From Candidatus Omnitrophota bacterium (GTDB lineage Bacteria; Omnitrophota; Gorgyraeia; 2-01-FULL-45-10), in the NCBI GenBank assembly GCA_903843285.1, contig CAIMPC010000063.1:4627-68626 (forward strand): 64,000 nt of DNA. Reading direction: 5' to 3'. A program made the translations under genes and the position numbers. How positions within the stretch are numbered: position 1 is the first letter of the stretch; every line of letters starts with the position of its first letter. The notes under the pieces were generated by a model. The model did not search any database. It was not told where the DNA came from and saw nothing but the letters and a program-made list of their open reading frames with translations. Shown piece after piece: positions 9,888 through 19,890 of this stretch.

Positions 9888-9914
9888 CTCCTCCGGTAAT
9901 TTATGATTTTACAT

Positions 9915-9968
9915 AATATACCGTATGACTGTGATGGCGTCAACCTGTAAAATATTATTGGTTTACAA
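9915..9968 (-). promoter_or_regulatory. bio operon promoter TTGACG-N17-TATATT with an overlapping BirA-operator-like inverted repeat
   Basis: Read on the minus strand: TTGTAAACC (fwd 9960-9968), 13 nt, AGGTTGACG (fwd 9938-9946), 17 nt, TATATT (fwd 9915-9920). The left half-site is a perfect match to the canonical bioO half TTGTAAACC; the right half is degenerate. Confidence 0.4.
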
Positions 9969-9974
9969 TGGAGA

Positions 9975-10820
9975 TCAAATCGCTTCCCGATAGGACGATT
10001 TGAGAAGTTTGCTGATTACGCCCGGTGACCCCGCGCCGATCTTCTTTCTATCGACCCTGGTAACCGGCAAGACCTCGGCAAGCGTATTGGTAAGAAATAT
10101 TTCGTCTGCTTTAATAAGCTCTTTATACGTTAGGCGCTTCTCTGCCACCTTAAAACCCAGTTTCCTTCCATTCTTTATAATAATTGCGCGCGTGATTCCG
10201 GGAAGCGCGCCGGATACTATTGATGGCGTTATTAAAGATTTTCCTATGACTATGAATATATTGCTTGTAGGCGATTCCGCAACATACCCTTTTGTATTGA
10301 GTATTATAGCCTCATCGGCGCCGGAGTCTTTAGCTTCAAATCGTGCCATGATGTAGTTTAAAAAATTCAGGCTCTTTGCGCCCGAAAGTGGTGAAAGATC
10401 GTTCTGCCTAATTTTTACGGTATGGCAGCTAATACCCTTATCGGCCATCCACCGGGGATAGCCTTCGAATTTTTTCGCTATTATAACCATGTTGGGTTTC
10501 AGCACGTCCTTATGCTCAATTCCAAATCTGCCCTCCCCCCTTGTTATAGTAAGCCGAATATAGGCGTCCTTAAGCGCATTGACGGCTATGAGCTTATATA
10601 TCTCCTTCTTTAAATATTTGAGCGAATATGGCATCTTGATTGCGATCGTCTTCGCAGAATGCTCCAGACGGCGTAAGTGGTCGTCGATCTTAAATACGGT
10701 GCCGTTATAACAGCGCATGGTCTCAAAGAGACCGTCACCATACATGAATCCTCTGTCAAATACAGAAACAGTTGCCCGGTTTATATCTACCAGCTTGCCA
10801 TTAATCCAGACTTTTTTCAT
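9975..10820 (-). CDS. pabC: class IV aminotransferase, likely aminodeoxychorismate lyase
   Basis: 281 aa fold-type IV PLP enzyme with an RGxGRFG-like motif (TRGEGRFG), directly downstream of pabB. Confidence 0.6.
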   Translation of the reverse strand: MKKVWINGKLVDINRATVSVFDRGFMYGDGLFETMRCYNGTVFKIDDHLRRLEHSAKTIAIKMPYSLKYLKKEIYKLIAVNALKDAYIRLTITRGEGRFGIEHKDVLKPNMVIIAKKFEGYPRWMADKGISCHTVKIRQNDLSPLSGAKSLNFLNYIMARFEAKDSGADEAIILNTKGYVAESPTSNIFIVIGKSLITPSIVSGALPGITRAIIIKNGRKLGFKVAEKRLTYKELIKADEIFLTNTLAEVLPVTRVDRKKIGAGSPGVISKLLKSSYREAI

Positions 10821-10861
10821 TTATCTCCCCCGTGAAAAATGGGACAGCCCCTATTTTCCAT

Positions 10862-12382
10862 CTATACGCTGATATTGAGCGCTTGCATTAGCCCGGCCGC
10901 CTTATGCAGAGTCTCCTCATATTCTTTCTCAGGATCCGAATCGGCCACTATACCGCCCCCCACCTGAAAATACGCCACTTTATTCTTAATAATAAATGTC
11001 CTGATAGCTATCGATGTATCCATATTTCCATCGAAGCCTATATATCCGATCGCGCCCGTATAAACAGACCTCTTCATCTTCTCGAGCTCATCTATTATCT
11101 CCATAGAGCGTATCTTAGGAGCCCCCGTTATTGACCCGCCCGGAAATGTCGCAAGCAGGCAATCTATCGGATCGACCATTTTTCTAAGTCTGCCGGCTAC
11201 TGTAGATACGAGATGGAAAACATTAGAGTATTTTTCTGTGATAACGGACTCTGTAGGATATATGGAACCATATTCGCATATCCTTCCCAGGTCATTACGT
11301 TCCAGATCCACTATCATTATGTGTTCGGCCATGTCCTTATCGCTCTTTTCGAGCTCGAGCTTAAGCGCTCTATCATGCGCCGAGTCCTTCCCTCTGGGCC
11401 TGGTTCCCTTCACAGGACGCGTCTCGATACGATCTCCCCTCTTCAGTAAAAATCTTTCGGGCGACGAGCTAAGTATCGCCGTATCGCCAAAATTCAGATA
11501 CGAGGCAAATGGCGCAGGGCTGCAGCTCCTCAGCCTGAGATACAGATCGAATGGATCGGCGCAAAATTTCGTCTGGAATCTCTGTGAAATGTTGACCTGG
11601 TATATATCGCCGCTTTTAATATATTCCTTCGCCTTTTTAACTACCGAAGCATAAGAGCGTTTTGAAAAGTTTGATTTTAAGCATCCTGAAGACTGACGCA
11701 AAATATTAGGCCCGTCATTCTGAAGCCCTGGAAGGGCTGAAGAATCTGTGTTCTTTATCCCCCTCCTGCCCACCTGCAAGAGTTTCGACGGTAGACAGGC
11801 AAGTTTCTCTTCGGGATAACGCGTCTCGAGAAACGCCTTCAGGTTCACCTCGGAATGACGCACGCATTTATCTTTCAAATTAATACTCGAGATATAATAG
11901 CGCCGCTTGAGATTATCATAAATTATCGCCGAATCGTAAAATCCCAGCACACAATCCCAGGTATTGAGGTCATCTTTAGAATTATCCGGCAGGTCTTCGA
12001 TGAAGTCCTTCATGTCGTAGGCGAAATATCCGACGGCCCCGCAGGTGAACGGGACCTGTCCCGGTCCCCCGGTAATCTCGTACTTCTTAAGTAGGTTTTT
12101 TATTACGGGAAATGGATTTCCCTTCAGGCTCCGGGCTCTGCCATCACGGTATTTCAATTCTATCGACTCACCTTTTGACCTGAATACGAGGAATGGGTCA
12201 CATCCGATGATCGAAAATCGGCCAAGCTTTTTGGCGTCACAGGCGCTATCCAGAAAAAAACTATACGGGCGGGACTTAATCGATCTGAATACGTCGACCG
12301 GATCCAGCCGGCAATCGATCGATTCTGTGACAGCTTTTAGTCCACTGCGCGGCATATCAGATAAGCGCTTCAGAGACGACAT
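10862..12382 (-). CDS. pabB: aminodeoxychorismate/anthranilate synthase component I
   Basis: 506 aa chorismate-binding C-terminal domain (FPGGSITGAPK, GGIVADSDPE). The true start may be the internal Met near 12355. Confidence 0.75.
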   Translation of the reverse strand: MSSLKRLSDMPRSGLKAVTESIDCRLDPVDVFRSIKSRPYSFFLDSACDAKKLGRFSIIGCDPFLVFRSKGESIELKYRDGRARSLKGNPFPVIKNLLKKYEITGGPGQVPFTCGAVGYFAYDMKDFIEDLPDNSKDDLNTWDCVLGFYDSAIIYDNLKRRYYISSINLKDKCVRHSEVNLKAFLETRYPEEKLACLPSKLLQVGRRGIKNTDSSALPGLQNDGPNILRQSSGCLKSNFSKRSYASVVKKAKEYIKSGDIYQVNISQRFQTKFCADPFDLYLRLRSCSPAPFASYLNFGDTAILSSSPERFLLKRGDRIETRPVKGTRPRGKDSAHDRALKLELEKSDKDMAEHIMIVDLERNDLGRICEYGSIYPTESVITEKYSNVFHLVSTVAGRLRKMVDPIDCLLATFPGGSITGAPKIRSMEIIDELEKMKRSVYTGAIGYIGFDGNMDTSIAIRTFIIKNKVAYFQVGGGIVADSDPEKEYEETLHKAAGLMQALNISV

Positions 12383-12851
12383 CTGTCAGTATTTCAAGGC
12401 CCCTCAGGACCGCTTCGCTTAATGGCGCGCCTAAAGACGTATCTTTAGGCTGAACGGAGATCACAAATATATTCATATCTTCCTTGCCCATCTTAAGCAG
12501 ATCTATAAATAGTTTCGGAGACGGGCTATGCGTGGAAAAGCTGACATTCGCAATGTCATCAACGCCGATTATTTTGGCCTGACCGGGATTCAGGCCCACA
12601 TTCGCCGCATCAACTAGGATCAGCGTATCACAACCGCTCTTCAACATCGGAAATATATAATTTTCCGGAGCTGTGCCGCAGTCGAATAGCGGAATGTTTA
12701 CTTTGCGGGCGCGCAATAGCTCAATGAATTTGGGGCCCAGGCCATCGTCGCCGCGCATTATATTACCTATACCGGCTACCGCAGCCTTGCCGATGATCCT
12801 GTTCTCGAGGGAGGTTTTAAGCCCGGAGATTTGAACGTCAAAATCGCTCAA
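12357..12851 (-). CDS. hydrogenase maturation endopeptidase (HycI/HybD family)
   Basis: 164 aa with GIGNIMRGDDGLGP and an FSTH motif. It is the last gene of the hydrogenase operon. Confidence 0.75.
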   Translation of the reverse strand: MSDFDVQISGLKTSLENRIIGKAAVAGIGNIMRGDDGLGPKFIELLRARKVNIPLFDCGTAPENYIFPMLKSGCDTLILVDAANVGLNPGQAKIIGVDDIANVSFSTHSPSPKLFIDLLKMGKEDMNIFVISVQPKDTSLGAPLSEAVLRGLEILTDVVSEALI

Positions 12852-13458
12852 TTGTAGTTTTTCTTCTGCATTTTGAGCAGAGTATCTTTATCCTGTCCGA
12901 TCGCAAAATAGAGTCTTTTGCCGTCTGTAGAACATCGTCGGCGAATCCCATCGATTTAAGGGATGAGGCAAATAGTGTAGGGTTAGAAAATGCCAAGGAT
13001 CCCAACTTCCTGGATATCCAGGCCAGGTGAGCCTTTGCGGTAATCACATCTCCGCATATCTCGCATAACGCAAGCTCTTTCTCGTCCGTAGATGAGATCA
13101 TTGACTCGCGGTCGAATCCGGCAAGGTCAAACTCGGTGGTATGTCTGATGCCGGGCGGACTATCTTCTCTGGTAGTGCAAAGTGCGCTGCACTGGCCGCA
13201 GTAATGACACTCGTCCAGATGCAGTATCATCTTCCTGGTCGAGCTATCTTTATTAACCACATCGCGGAACTCTATAGCCCTGGCAGGGCATACCATTGCA
13301 CAGGCAGTACATGCTATACACCCTTCGTTGGAATACTCCGGTTTTCCGCGGAACCTCTTGGCGGGATGGTGGTTTTTACGCGGAAAGTCCGATGTATACG
13401 GACCTTTTATGAGCGCCGTCAGCGCTTCCTTCAGTTCTCTCAGTTTAGGATATTTCAT
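12838..13458 (-). CDS. 2x[4Fe-4S] ferredoxin subunit, NuoI/MbhN/HycF-like
   Basis: Contains CIACTACAMVCP and CHYCGQCSALC, plus extra C-terminal CxxC pairs. Confidence 0.65.
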   Translation of the reverse strand: MKYPKLRELKEALTALIKGPYTSDFPRKNHHPAKRFRGKPEYSNEGCIACTACAMVCPARAIEFRDVVNKDSSTRKMILHLDECHYCGQCSALCTTREDSPPGIRHTTEFDLAGFDRESMISSTDEKELALCEICGDVITAKAHLAWISRKLGSLAFSNPTLFASSLKSMGFADDVLQTAKDSILRSDRIKILCSKCRRKTTIERF

Positions 13459-13470
13459 TTAGAGATTGCC

Positions 13471-14073
13471 TCAAAAAAGTTTTACTATCCCCGATGCATG
13501 CCTGGCCAGATTGCCTGTAAAATCCAGCATATCGAAGTACATGTTTGCCGCTATGGGCGTGCATACGCCATTCACAAGTCGTCCGGTATGCTCTTCCCTG
13601 TAACGCTGGACGAGGGACCTTACGCGCAATCCGTTATCGATTATTCGCGCCTTGAGTTCCTCGCTCTTTCCTTTTAAGAATAGGCGCATCATATCCACCG
13701 ATTTCGCCATAATCCCGTACGTCTCATTAAACTGCACCACGCCCATATCGCTGAATAGAAGATGCTCCGCATTCTTAATCTCTATCCTCTCGACCAGATT
13801 GGCGGCTTCATCGCCCATCCTCTCCAGAGTCTCTATAACCTGCTCCCATATAATAAGATCCCTCTTTTCCTGCGCCGTCTTGGCGGTCTTTGCTATGTCA
13901 AAGACCTTCTGAGTAAGCGTCCGCTCCATATCATTAAGCTGCCTCTCGAGGGCCATCGCTCCGGCCAGGTATTCGGCCTTATGCTCCATAAATCCTTTTT
14001 CGACAAGCTCAAGCATCTCATACGTTCTATCGGCCATTACGATGGCCTCCTCCCTCACAGCGTCTATGCTCAT
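13471..14073 (-). CDS. PhoU-domain protein embedded in the hydrogenase operon
   Basis: 200 aa with two helical repeats carrying ERMGDEAANLVE and DFTGNLARHASGIV, of the PhoU/DUF47 type. Confidence 0.5.
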   Translation of the reverse strand: MSIDAVREEAIVMADRTYEMLELVEKGFMEHKAEYLAGAMALERQLNDMERTLTQKVFDIAKTAKTAQEKRDLIIWEQVIETLERMGDEAANLVERIEIKNAEHLLFSDMGVVQFNETYGIMAKSVDMMRLFLKGKSEELKARIIDNGLRVRSLVQRYREEHTGRLVNGVCTPIAANMYFDMLDFTGNLARHASGIVKLF

Positions 14074-14097
14074 AGAGCCGTAGTCCTTTCTATTATT

Positions 14098-14433
14098 TCA
14101 CTTTATTTTATCCATATCTTCGCTATAATCGTCGACTACCGTTCCCGCCCATGGTTTTACACCTGAGCGATAAGCGGCCCTGGCAAGCGCATGAGCCGAG
14201 ACCGGAGCGGTAAGAACTATGAATATCAGGCAGAGCAGCGCCTTAATACTGGTCGCGCCAAACCCCTTATAGCATACCAATCCTAATATGATACCGCATG
14301 TGCCCAGCGTTATACACTTGGCCGATGCCTGGAGACGCGTGTAGACGTCCGGAAACCGTATAAGCCCGAGGCATCCGAAAAAGTCGAACGCAAGCCCTAT
14401 AACTATCAGTACGGAACCTATAGCTTCATTCAT
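14098..14433 (-). CDS. mrpG: Na+/H+ antiporter subunit G (MrpG/MnhG)
   Basis: 111 aa, three TM helices, MnhG-like N-terminus. Confidence 0.7.
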   Translation of the reverse strand: MNEAIGSVLIVIGLAFDFFGCLGLIRFPDVYTRLQASAKCITLGTCGIILGLVCYKGFGATSIKALLCLIFIVLTAPVSAHALARAAYRSGVKPWAGTVVDDYSEDMDKIK

Positions 14434-14785
14434 CGAAATCTTTTCCTTCCAAATATTTAGAGAGCGCCATTATGCCTATGAAACTCTGCAGGGCCCAGGC
14501 TATTCCTATATCTATATACCAATCTCTTCCGGTCGGGATGCTCAATATGGCGCAAAATCCGACTATAAGTATGCCGAGCATATCTATTGCCACTATCCGG
14601 TCGGGCGCGGTCGGTCCGCGCATGATCCTAAATAGGCACATGAACGCCGAAAGTATCAGCCATAGAAATGCCCTACCCAAAAATTCCGACTGCCACCTGA
14701 TTATAGAGCTAATCGGGCAGAAGAGTATAATAATCGCGATGGCGACTATTGTGATCAGTCCTGCTATATAACGGGTCTTCTTCAT
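14426..14785 (-). CDS. mrpF: Na+/H+ antiporter subunit F (MrpF/MnhF)
   Basis: 119 aa membrane protein with RIMRGPTAPDRIVAID, characteristic of MrpF. Confidence 0.7.
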   Translation of the reverse strand: MKKTRYIAGLITIVAIAIIILFCPISSIIRWQSEFLGRAFLWLILSAFMCLFRIMRGPTAPDRIVAIDMLGILIVGFCAILSIPTGRDWYIDIGIAWALQSFIGIMALSKYLEGKDFDE

Positions 14786-14789
14786 AATG

Positions 14790-15296
14790 TTATTCGAATA
14801 TCCTGCTTAGAATATGCTCAAATTTATCCACGACGGCAAGCTTCCTATCATCATCTTTGATGTATAATTTATGGACATATAAAACTCCATTGACCTTGTC
14901 TATGTCTATAGTCGTCATGCCGGGTGTCAACGTAATGGAGCTTGCCAGAAATGTAAGACCTATATCCGATTTTAAACTAACCCTGATCCTTATAGTGCCC
15001 GGCCTTATAAGAAGATCCGGATGTATAACCCTATAGGCAACGTCTATGTTCGCCTTAAGGCATTCCCATAAAAAGACGAAAACGTAGCACACAAACCACA
15101 TCGCACGCCCTAAATACCCCAAAAGACTTATGTTCTTTCGTCCGGACAGATCTTTCGGGCCCATTACACCTGTAGTCATAAACATGACAAACAGCGCTAC
15201 CAATATTCCGGAAATGACATCTTTTATCTCTATCGGCCATGACAACAGTATCCATACGGAAAACCATATCATGAACATCATAGTATTAAATATCAT
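14790..15296 (-). CDS. mrpE: Na+/H+ antiporter subunit E (MrpE/MnhE)
   Basis: 168 aa, two N-terminal TM helices, TLTPGMTT motif. Confidence 0.6.
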   Translation of the reverse strand: MIFNTMMFMIWFSVWILLSWPIEIKDVISGILVALFVMFMTTGVMGPKDLSGRKNISLLGYLGRAMWFVCYVFVFLWECLKANIDVAYRVIHPDLLIRPGTIRIRVSLKSDIGLTFLASSITLTPGMTTIDIDKVNGVLYVHKLYIKDDDRKLAVVDKFEHILSRIFE

Positions 15297-16789
15297 CTGA
15301 TAGCTCCGAATACTATATTCGCGTAGGACGTCCCGTTCATAAGCACGGCTACAGCGCCGTCTATGAATATCTTCCTTATACCCGGCATGAGTATAAACGG
15401 TGCGATAACCACAACGACCGCAAGAGATACCATGGCTGTATTAATCGCGATACATGCTTTTTTCATTACGATGGAAGCATCTGTTCCGACATCGAAAAGG
15501 ACGCATGTCATCGGTTTAAAATAGTAAGCCAGGGTCATAACCCCTACCAACGCGGCGATCAATGCAAGTATGGGATGCCCGGACTGCACGCATGCAAAAA
15601 TTATTATAAGCTTCGCCCAAAATCCACCCATCGGCGGAACACCGCATATCGACAGCGCGCTGAATAAAGCGGGATATCCCGTAGCCGGTGCCCTCCGGAT
15701 AACTCCGGATATTTTATCTATCTGTCTGGTGCCCATGAGACGTTCTATGGATCCCGACGTCAAAAATAGGAGCGACTTACTGATGCTATGGTTAAATATA
15801 TGGACGAGCGCCCCTAAAAAAGCCAGCGGGGTGGCCACGCCAAGCGCCAGAACCACATATCCGATCTGACTGACTGTAGAATATGCAAAGAGTCTCTTTA
15901 TGTCCGTTTGTCCGAAAGCCAATACCGCCCCTATTATCATCGATAACACTCCCAGAGCGATCAGTATCTGGCAAATCTGGACACTTGCGCCGAAGATGCT
16001 AAAAAATATTCTGGCTATTGCATATATACCGAGGGCCTTTATCAATACTCCGGAAAGCATGGCCGAGACTGGCGCAGGCGCAGATGAATGCGCATAGGCA
16101 AGCCATGCATGGAATGGCGCAAGCGCCGCTTTAAGGCCAAACCCCATCAGAAATAGGACGCTGACCAACTGCAATACCCTGGTCGCTCCCGAGGCGGCTA
16201 TCGCGCGCGCGATGCCGGCCATATTGAGCGTCGATGTATGTGCATAGAGAAATGCTATGCCTAAAAGTATGAAGCACGAAGCTACTGAGCCCATAATCGC
16301 ATATTTGAATGACGCTTCGAGCTCGTCCGCCTCGGTACCGAACGCCACGAGAAAATAAGCGGATATCGCCGCTATCTCCATAAAAACGTATAGATTAAAA
16401 ATATCGGAGGCGACGAGCACTCCGTTTATGCCCGCAAGCATTAAAAAGAATAACGCGTAGAACTTCCATTTATCCGTATACTTCTTCATATAGCCCGAGG
16501 AGTAAATCGCGACAAATAACGCCACTAAATTTACCGTGACGAGCATAAATACCGATAATCCATCTACGACGAGCGCAAGGCCCTCCGGAGGTAAAAAACC
16601 TGTTGTCCTATACAGCAAAAGATGGTTAGGGGCGGCATTCACTGACATAAGCGTGAATAGAGCTATTATGAAGAGCGATAGCGTAGTAAAAATTGCAAAT
16701 AAATCCTGGAGGCGCTCATCAGCTTTAGCTATAAGCACTGTTACGAACGCATTCCCCAGCGGCAATATCAGGAAAAAGGGTATCATCAT
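15293..16789 (-). CDS. mrpD: proton-translocating antiporter-like subunit (MrpD / NuoM-N family)
   Basis: 498 aa polytopic protein of the complex I antiporter-like family. Confidence 0.8.
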   Translation of the reverse strand: MMIPFFLILPLGNAFVTVLIAKADERLQDLFAIFTTLSLFIIALFTLMSVNAAPNHLLLYRTTGFLPPEGLALVVDGLSVFMLVTVNLVALFVAIYSSGYMKKYTDKWKFYALFFLMLAGINGVLVASDIFNLYVFMEIAAISAYFLVAFGTEADELEASFKYAIMGSVASCFILLGIAFLYAHTSTLNMAGIARAIAASGATRVLQLVSVLFLMGFGLKAALAPFHAWLAYAHSSAPAPVSAMLSGVLIKALGIYAIARIFFSIFGASVQICQILIALGVLSMIIGAVLAFGQTDIKRLFAYSTVSQIGYVVLALGVATPLAFLGALVHIFNHSISKSLLFLTSGSIERLMGTRQIDKISGVIRRAPATGYPALFSALSICGVPPMGGFWAKLIIIFACVQSGHPILALIAALVGVMTLAYYFKPMTCVLFDVGTDASIVMKKACIAINTAMVSLAVVVVIAPFILMPGIRKIFIDGAVAVLMNGTSYANIVFGAIR

Positions 16790-17127
16790 TATTCTTTAAG
16801 CCTATTTATTTTTGTAATATCGAACGTGCCGTATCTTTCATATATCCTTATTGCCAACGCCACCAACATAAGCATTACGGCCAGGCCTATTACTATGGCG
16901 GTAAGCGCAACCGCCTGCGGCAATGGATCTACGATATTTGTAATTGCTTGGTCGCGCGCAAGTATTGGCGAACGTCCCTGGGCGCGGTAGCCTATCAGAA
17001 TAAAGAACAGATTTACGGCATATTCCATTATGCCTATACCTATAATTATCTTTATGATATTCCTCTTTCTGACCGCGCAAAATAGCCCGATCGAGAATAG
17101 CACCAGACATAAAAAGTATGTGATCAT
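16789..17127 (-). CDS. mrpC: MrpC / NuoK-like subunit
   Basis: 112 aa, three TM helices, NuoK/4L-like. Confidence 0.75.
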   Translation of the reverse strand: MITYFLCLVLFSIGLFCAVRKRNIIKIIIGIGIMEYAVNLFFILIGYRAQGRSPILARDQAITNIVDPLPQAVALTAIVIGLAVMLMLVALAIRIYERYGTFDITKINRLKE

Positions 17128-17138
17128 AATCTAAACCT

Positions 17139-17543
17139 CTATTCGGAGCGTTTATCCGATTTTGGCACCAGTACGAGCGCAATAAATATTACAAAAAGCC
17201 CCACGCTCACTATGATCATCTCCGAGAGCGGCAGGATAAATTCGTTTCCGAAAATAGCCTTCGGATAGCCTTTAAAAATACCATACAGAAAGAGAATGGC
17301 CGCAGTGGCCATAAATAGGCGAAGAGTGCGGGCGCTTAGTAATTTTAAGGAGGCTTCCTTGCCGAATGCCAGCATTACATGGACGAGCGCCAGAGCCACT
17401 ATAACGCCGCCGGCAAATCCGCCGCCCGGAGCATCATGACCGTTAAACGTTATGTAGATGCCATAGAGAAGAATAAATCCGAGCGTGAGCTTTGTCACCG
17501 TCTTAACTATAAACGTCATACCCTTCTCGCTCTGGTGGTTCAT
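17139..17543 (-). CDS. mrpB: MrpB/MnhB subunit
   Basis: 134 aa with GHDAPGGGFAGG, the MnhB signature. Confidence 0.65.
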   Translation of the reverse strand: MNHQSEKGMTFIVKTVTKLTLGFILLYGIYITFNGHDAPGGGFAGGVIVALALVHVMLAFGKEASLKLLSARTLRLFMATAAILFLYGIFKGYPKAIFGNEFILPLSEMIIVSVGLFVIFIALVLVPKSDKRSE

Positions 17544-18070
17544 TATTCAGCGCCATCCCTTCGCCATGCCCTGCGCGCGATAGCAAGCACTCCTATTACG
17601 ACAGCGAATAACACCGAGGCCTCCCCGAGCGTATCGACAGCGCGATACCTGAGCATTATAGATTCCACTATATTGAGGTTCGCCGCCTTACCCTGGACGT
17701 GGCTCAGATATTCCTGCGACGTCTTGATGGCCGGATTCCCAAATGTGTGTATGTTAGCAAATGACAGATATGCAAATACTAAAAATAAGATCAGGAATAT
17801 AATCGTAGATATAGTATTGAAGGCCCACCTACCGGAAGTGCTGAACGGCAGGTCCTTCCTTATAGTAGCGCGTATAAGTATGATAAGGCTCAGTATCTCC
17901 ACGACGAGCTGCATTATAGCCAGATCCGGCGCCTTCATTACAAGAAACGCCATCGACAGCCCTATGCCCACAGCGCCTATCCCGATGACGCTCGACAGCA
18001 GATCTTTTACCTGAACGGCTATTAATGCCGCAGCGATCATGAATACTAATAAAATATTTATCTCTATCAT
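17543..18070 (-). CDS. MnhB-domain protein (MrpA C-terminal domain-like, MbhD/E type)
   Basis: 175 aa with NIVESIMLRYRAVDTLGE, the MnhB-domain motif. Confidence 0.55.
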   Translation of the reverse strand: MIEINILLVFMIAAALIAVQVKDLLSSVIGIGAVGIGLSMAFLVMKAPDLAIMQLVVEILSLIILIRATIRKDLPFSTSGRWAFNTISTIIFLILFLVFAYLSFANIHTFGNPAIKTSQEYLSHVQGKAANLNIVESIMLRYRAVDTLGEASVLFAVVIGVLAIARRAWRRDGAE

Positions 18071-18077
18071 CTATCCA

Positions 18078-19883
18078 TCACCTTAATGATAAGAACAGTA
18101 ACATAGCTATCATCCCGAGAAAACACCATACCAGATACGTCGGTAGCACTCCGTTATGCAGACGCTTAAGCGGCCGGGCTAAGACCTTAATGGCCCGTGC
18201 CGAGAGATAGTAAATATCCAGCCATCCCGACTGAGCCTGCTTACATATTCTGTTTATAGGTTTAATATCGGTGATCGTATCGTAAAACTCCATGCCGGAG
18301 ACGCGAGGTAAACTCTCCGGGTCCGCACCTCCTACAAAATTATCCACAACGCGAAAACTGCCGGGTCTAAACAGCCAGTACATAAGAGCCCCTATAGCTA
18401 TACCTACCAGTATAAGCAGTGCCGCAAGCGTTGAGCCCCATGTCCCTATATAAGTTAAGCTATTACCTATTGAAGGTAGTATCAATATCGGGATCGGGAT
18501 CTTAAAAGCGAAGACGCCGAATATGACGCAGATCGCGGCCAGGATCAGCATGGGCATATACATAAGAGGGCCCACCTCTTTCACTTCGCTCATGCCCTCC
18601 GAACGCCGGCCTAAAAAAACTGCGTGTAATAGTTTCATAAAGCACGCTATGGTTAGCGCGCCGCCGAACATTGCGGCCGAAAGCCATATGACCCATAATT
18701 TACCACCCTGATCTGCCGATTCTATAATGCCCTGATATATCATCCACTTTGATACGAAGCCATTAAATGGCGGAATACCGCAGATGGAGAGCGATGCTAT
18801 AAGACAAGCCGCAAATGTGATCGGCATGGCCCCGGCAAGCCCGCCCAGCCTATCGAGGTCCGAGGTTCCGGCCTTCTTCTCCACCGCCGTACTGGTCAAA
18901 AATAAGCATGCTTTATAGATGACGTGATTCAACATATGAAATAGCCCGCCTGCGATACCTATGACTGTCCCGCTGGCTATTCCTATTATCATATAACCGA
19001 CCTGCGATATAGATGTGTAAGCGAGCAGTTTCTTATAGTTGCGCTGGGCCAGGGCCAAGACTACAGCGAATATTATAGTGGCCGCTCCTGCGATAAGCAG
19101 GATAGTATTCGATATCTTCGTCATTTTAAATAGATCTAAAGAGACGCGCGCAAGCAGATAAATTCCCAGCAGTTTGTCCAGTGAAGTCGGCAGATAAGCG
19201 AGGAAGGAGCCCGATGTCGTCTCGGCTACATCGGGAAACCATGAGTGAAAAGGCATAGCCCCTGCTTTAGCGAAACTTGCCGAGGCGATCGAAAAATACG
19301 CCACATATGTCATGATACCGGCAATAGGAATTTGAATCTTATCCATAGATAGAGTGCCTGTAATAGCCGATACCAGCGCTATGCCGAACAACATTAAGAC
19401 ATCGGTACCGCCTATTATTATAAGAGCTTTACTGCTGGCTTTCGCCGAACATACCGTTTGGTCCAGATTAATAAACAGATATAGCATCAACGCCAGAAAA
19501 CCCCAGAAGATGAGCATAATGATAAGATTATTCGCAAATAGCGCCCCGAGTGAAGCGCCCAACGTAATTAGCATATATCCGAAATATCTTCCAAATGCCT
19601 TATCCGTGGAACCGAAAGAAAATATCGTTATCAGAAATGTAAATAAGGTCATCGCCATACCTATAAAAGAGGAAAGATTATCGGCGCGAAAAATAATCTG
19701 ATCCATATACTTCCAGACCAAAGGTTTTTCGATAAAAATGAATATGCCGCCGGCTAAGCATGCGGCTGATATGATGCCGGCAATAGATTTGGTGATGCCT
19801 TTTAACCTATCCGGCAATGGAAGGCATATTATACCGGATACGATCGGCCCGATGATCAGAAGTAATATTGGATTTGAAATCAT
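18078..19883 (-). CDS. mrpA: MrpA / NuoL-like antiporter subunit
   Basis: 601 aa, about 16 TM helices, NuoL/MrpA family. Confidence 0.8.
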   Translation of the reverse strand: MISNPILLLIIGPIVSGIICLPLPDRLKGITKSIAGIISAACLAGGIFIFIEKPLVWKYMDQIIFRADNLSSFIGMAMTLFTFLITIFSFGSTDKAFGRYFGYMLITLGASLGALFANNLIIMLIFWGFLALMLYLFINLDQTVCSAKASSKALIIIGGTDVLMLFGIALVSAITGTLSMDKIQIPIAGIMTYVAYFSIASASFAKAGAMPFHSWFPDVAETTSGSFLAYLPTSLDKLLGIYLLARVSLDLFKMTKISNTILLIAGAATIIFAVVLALAQRNYKKLLAYTSISQVGYMIIGIASGTVIGIAGGLFHMLNHVIYKACLFLTSTAVEKKAGTSDLDRLGGLAGAMPITFAACLIASLSICGIPPFNGFVSKWMIYQGIIESADQGGKLWVIWLSAAMFGGALTIACFMKLLHAVFLGRRSEGMSEVKEVGPLMYMPMLILAAICVIFGVFAFKIPIPILILPSIGNSLTYIGTWGSTLAALLILVGIAIGALMYWLFRPGSFRVVDNFVGGADPESLPRVSGMEFYDTITDIKPINRICKQAQSGWLDIYYLSARAIKVLARPLKRLHNGVLPTYLVWCFLGMIAMLLFLSLR

Positions 19884-19890
19884 CTGTTCC

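Noticed and set aside
17379-18014. Long plus-strand ORFs listed in the six-frame track (17379-18014, 34203-34850, 50221-51048, 36341-36793, 5817-6215, 13141-13677 and others) that overlap well-supported minus-strand genes.
   Set aside because: They are antisense to genes with clear family signatures (mrpB, bamA, hisG, dnaB, bioD). They have low-complexity or Ser/Pro/Leu-rich translations typical of shadow ORFs, and no ribosome-binding sites or recognisable domains.
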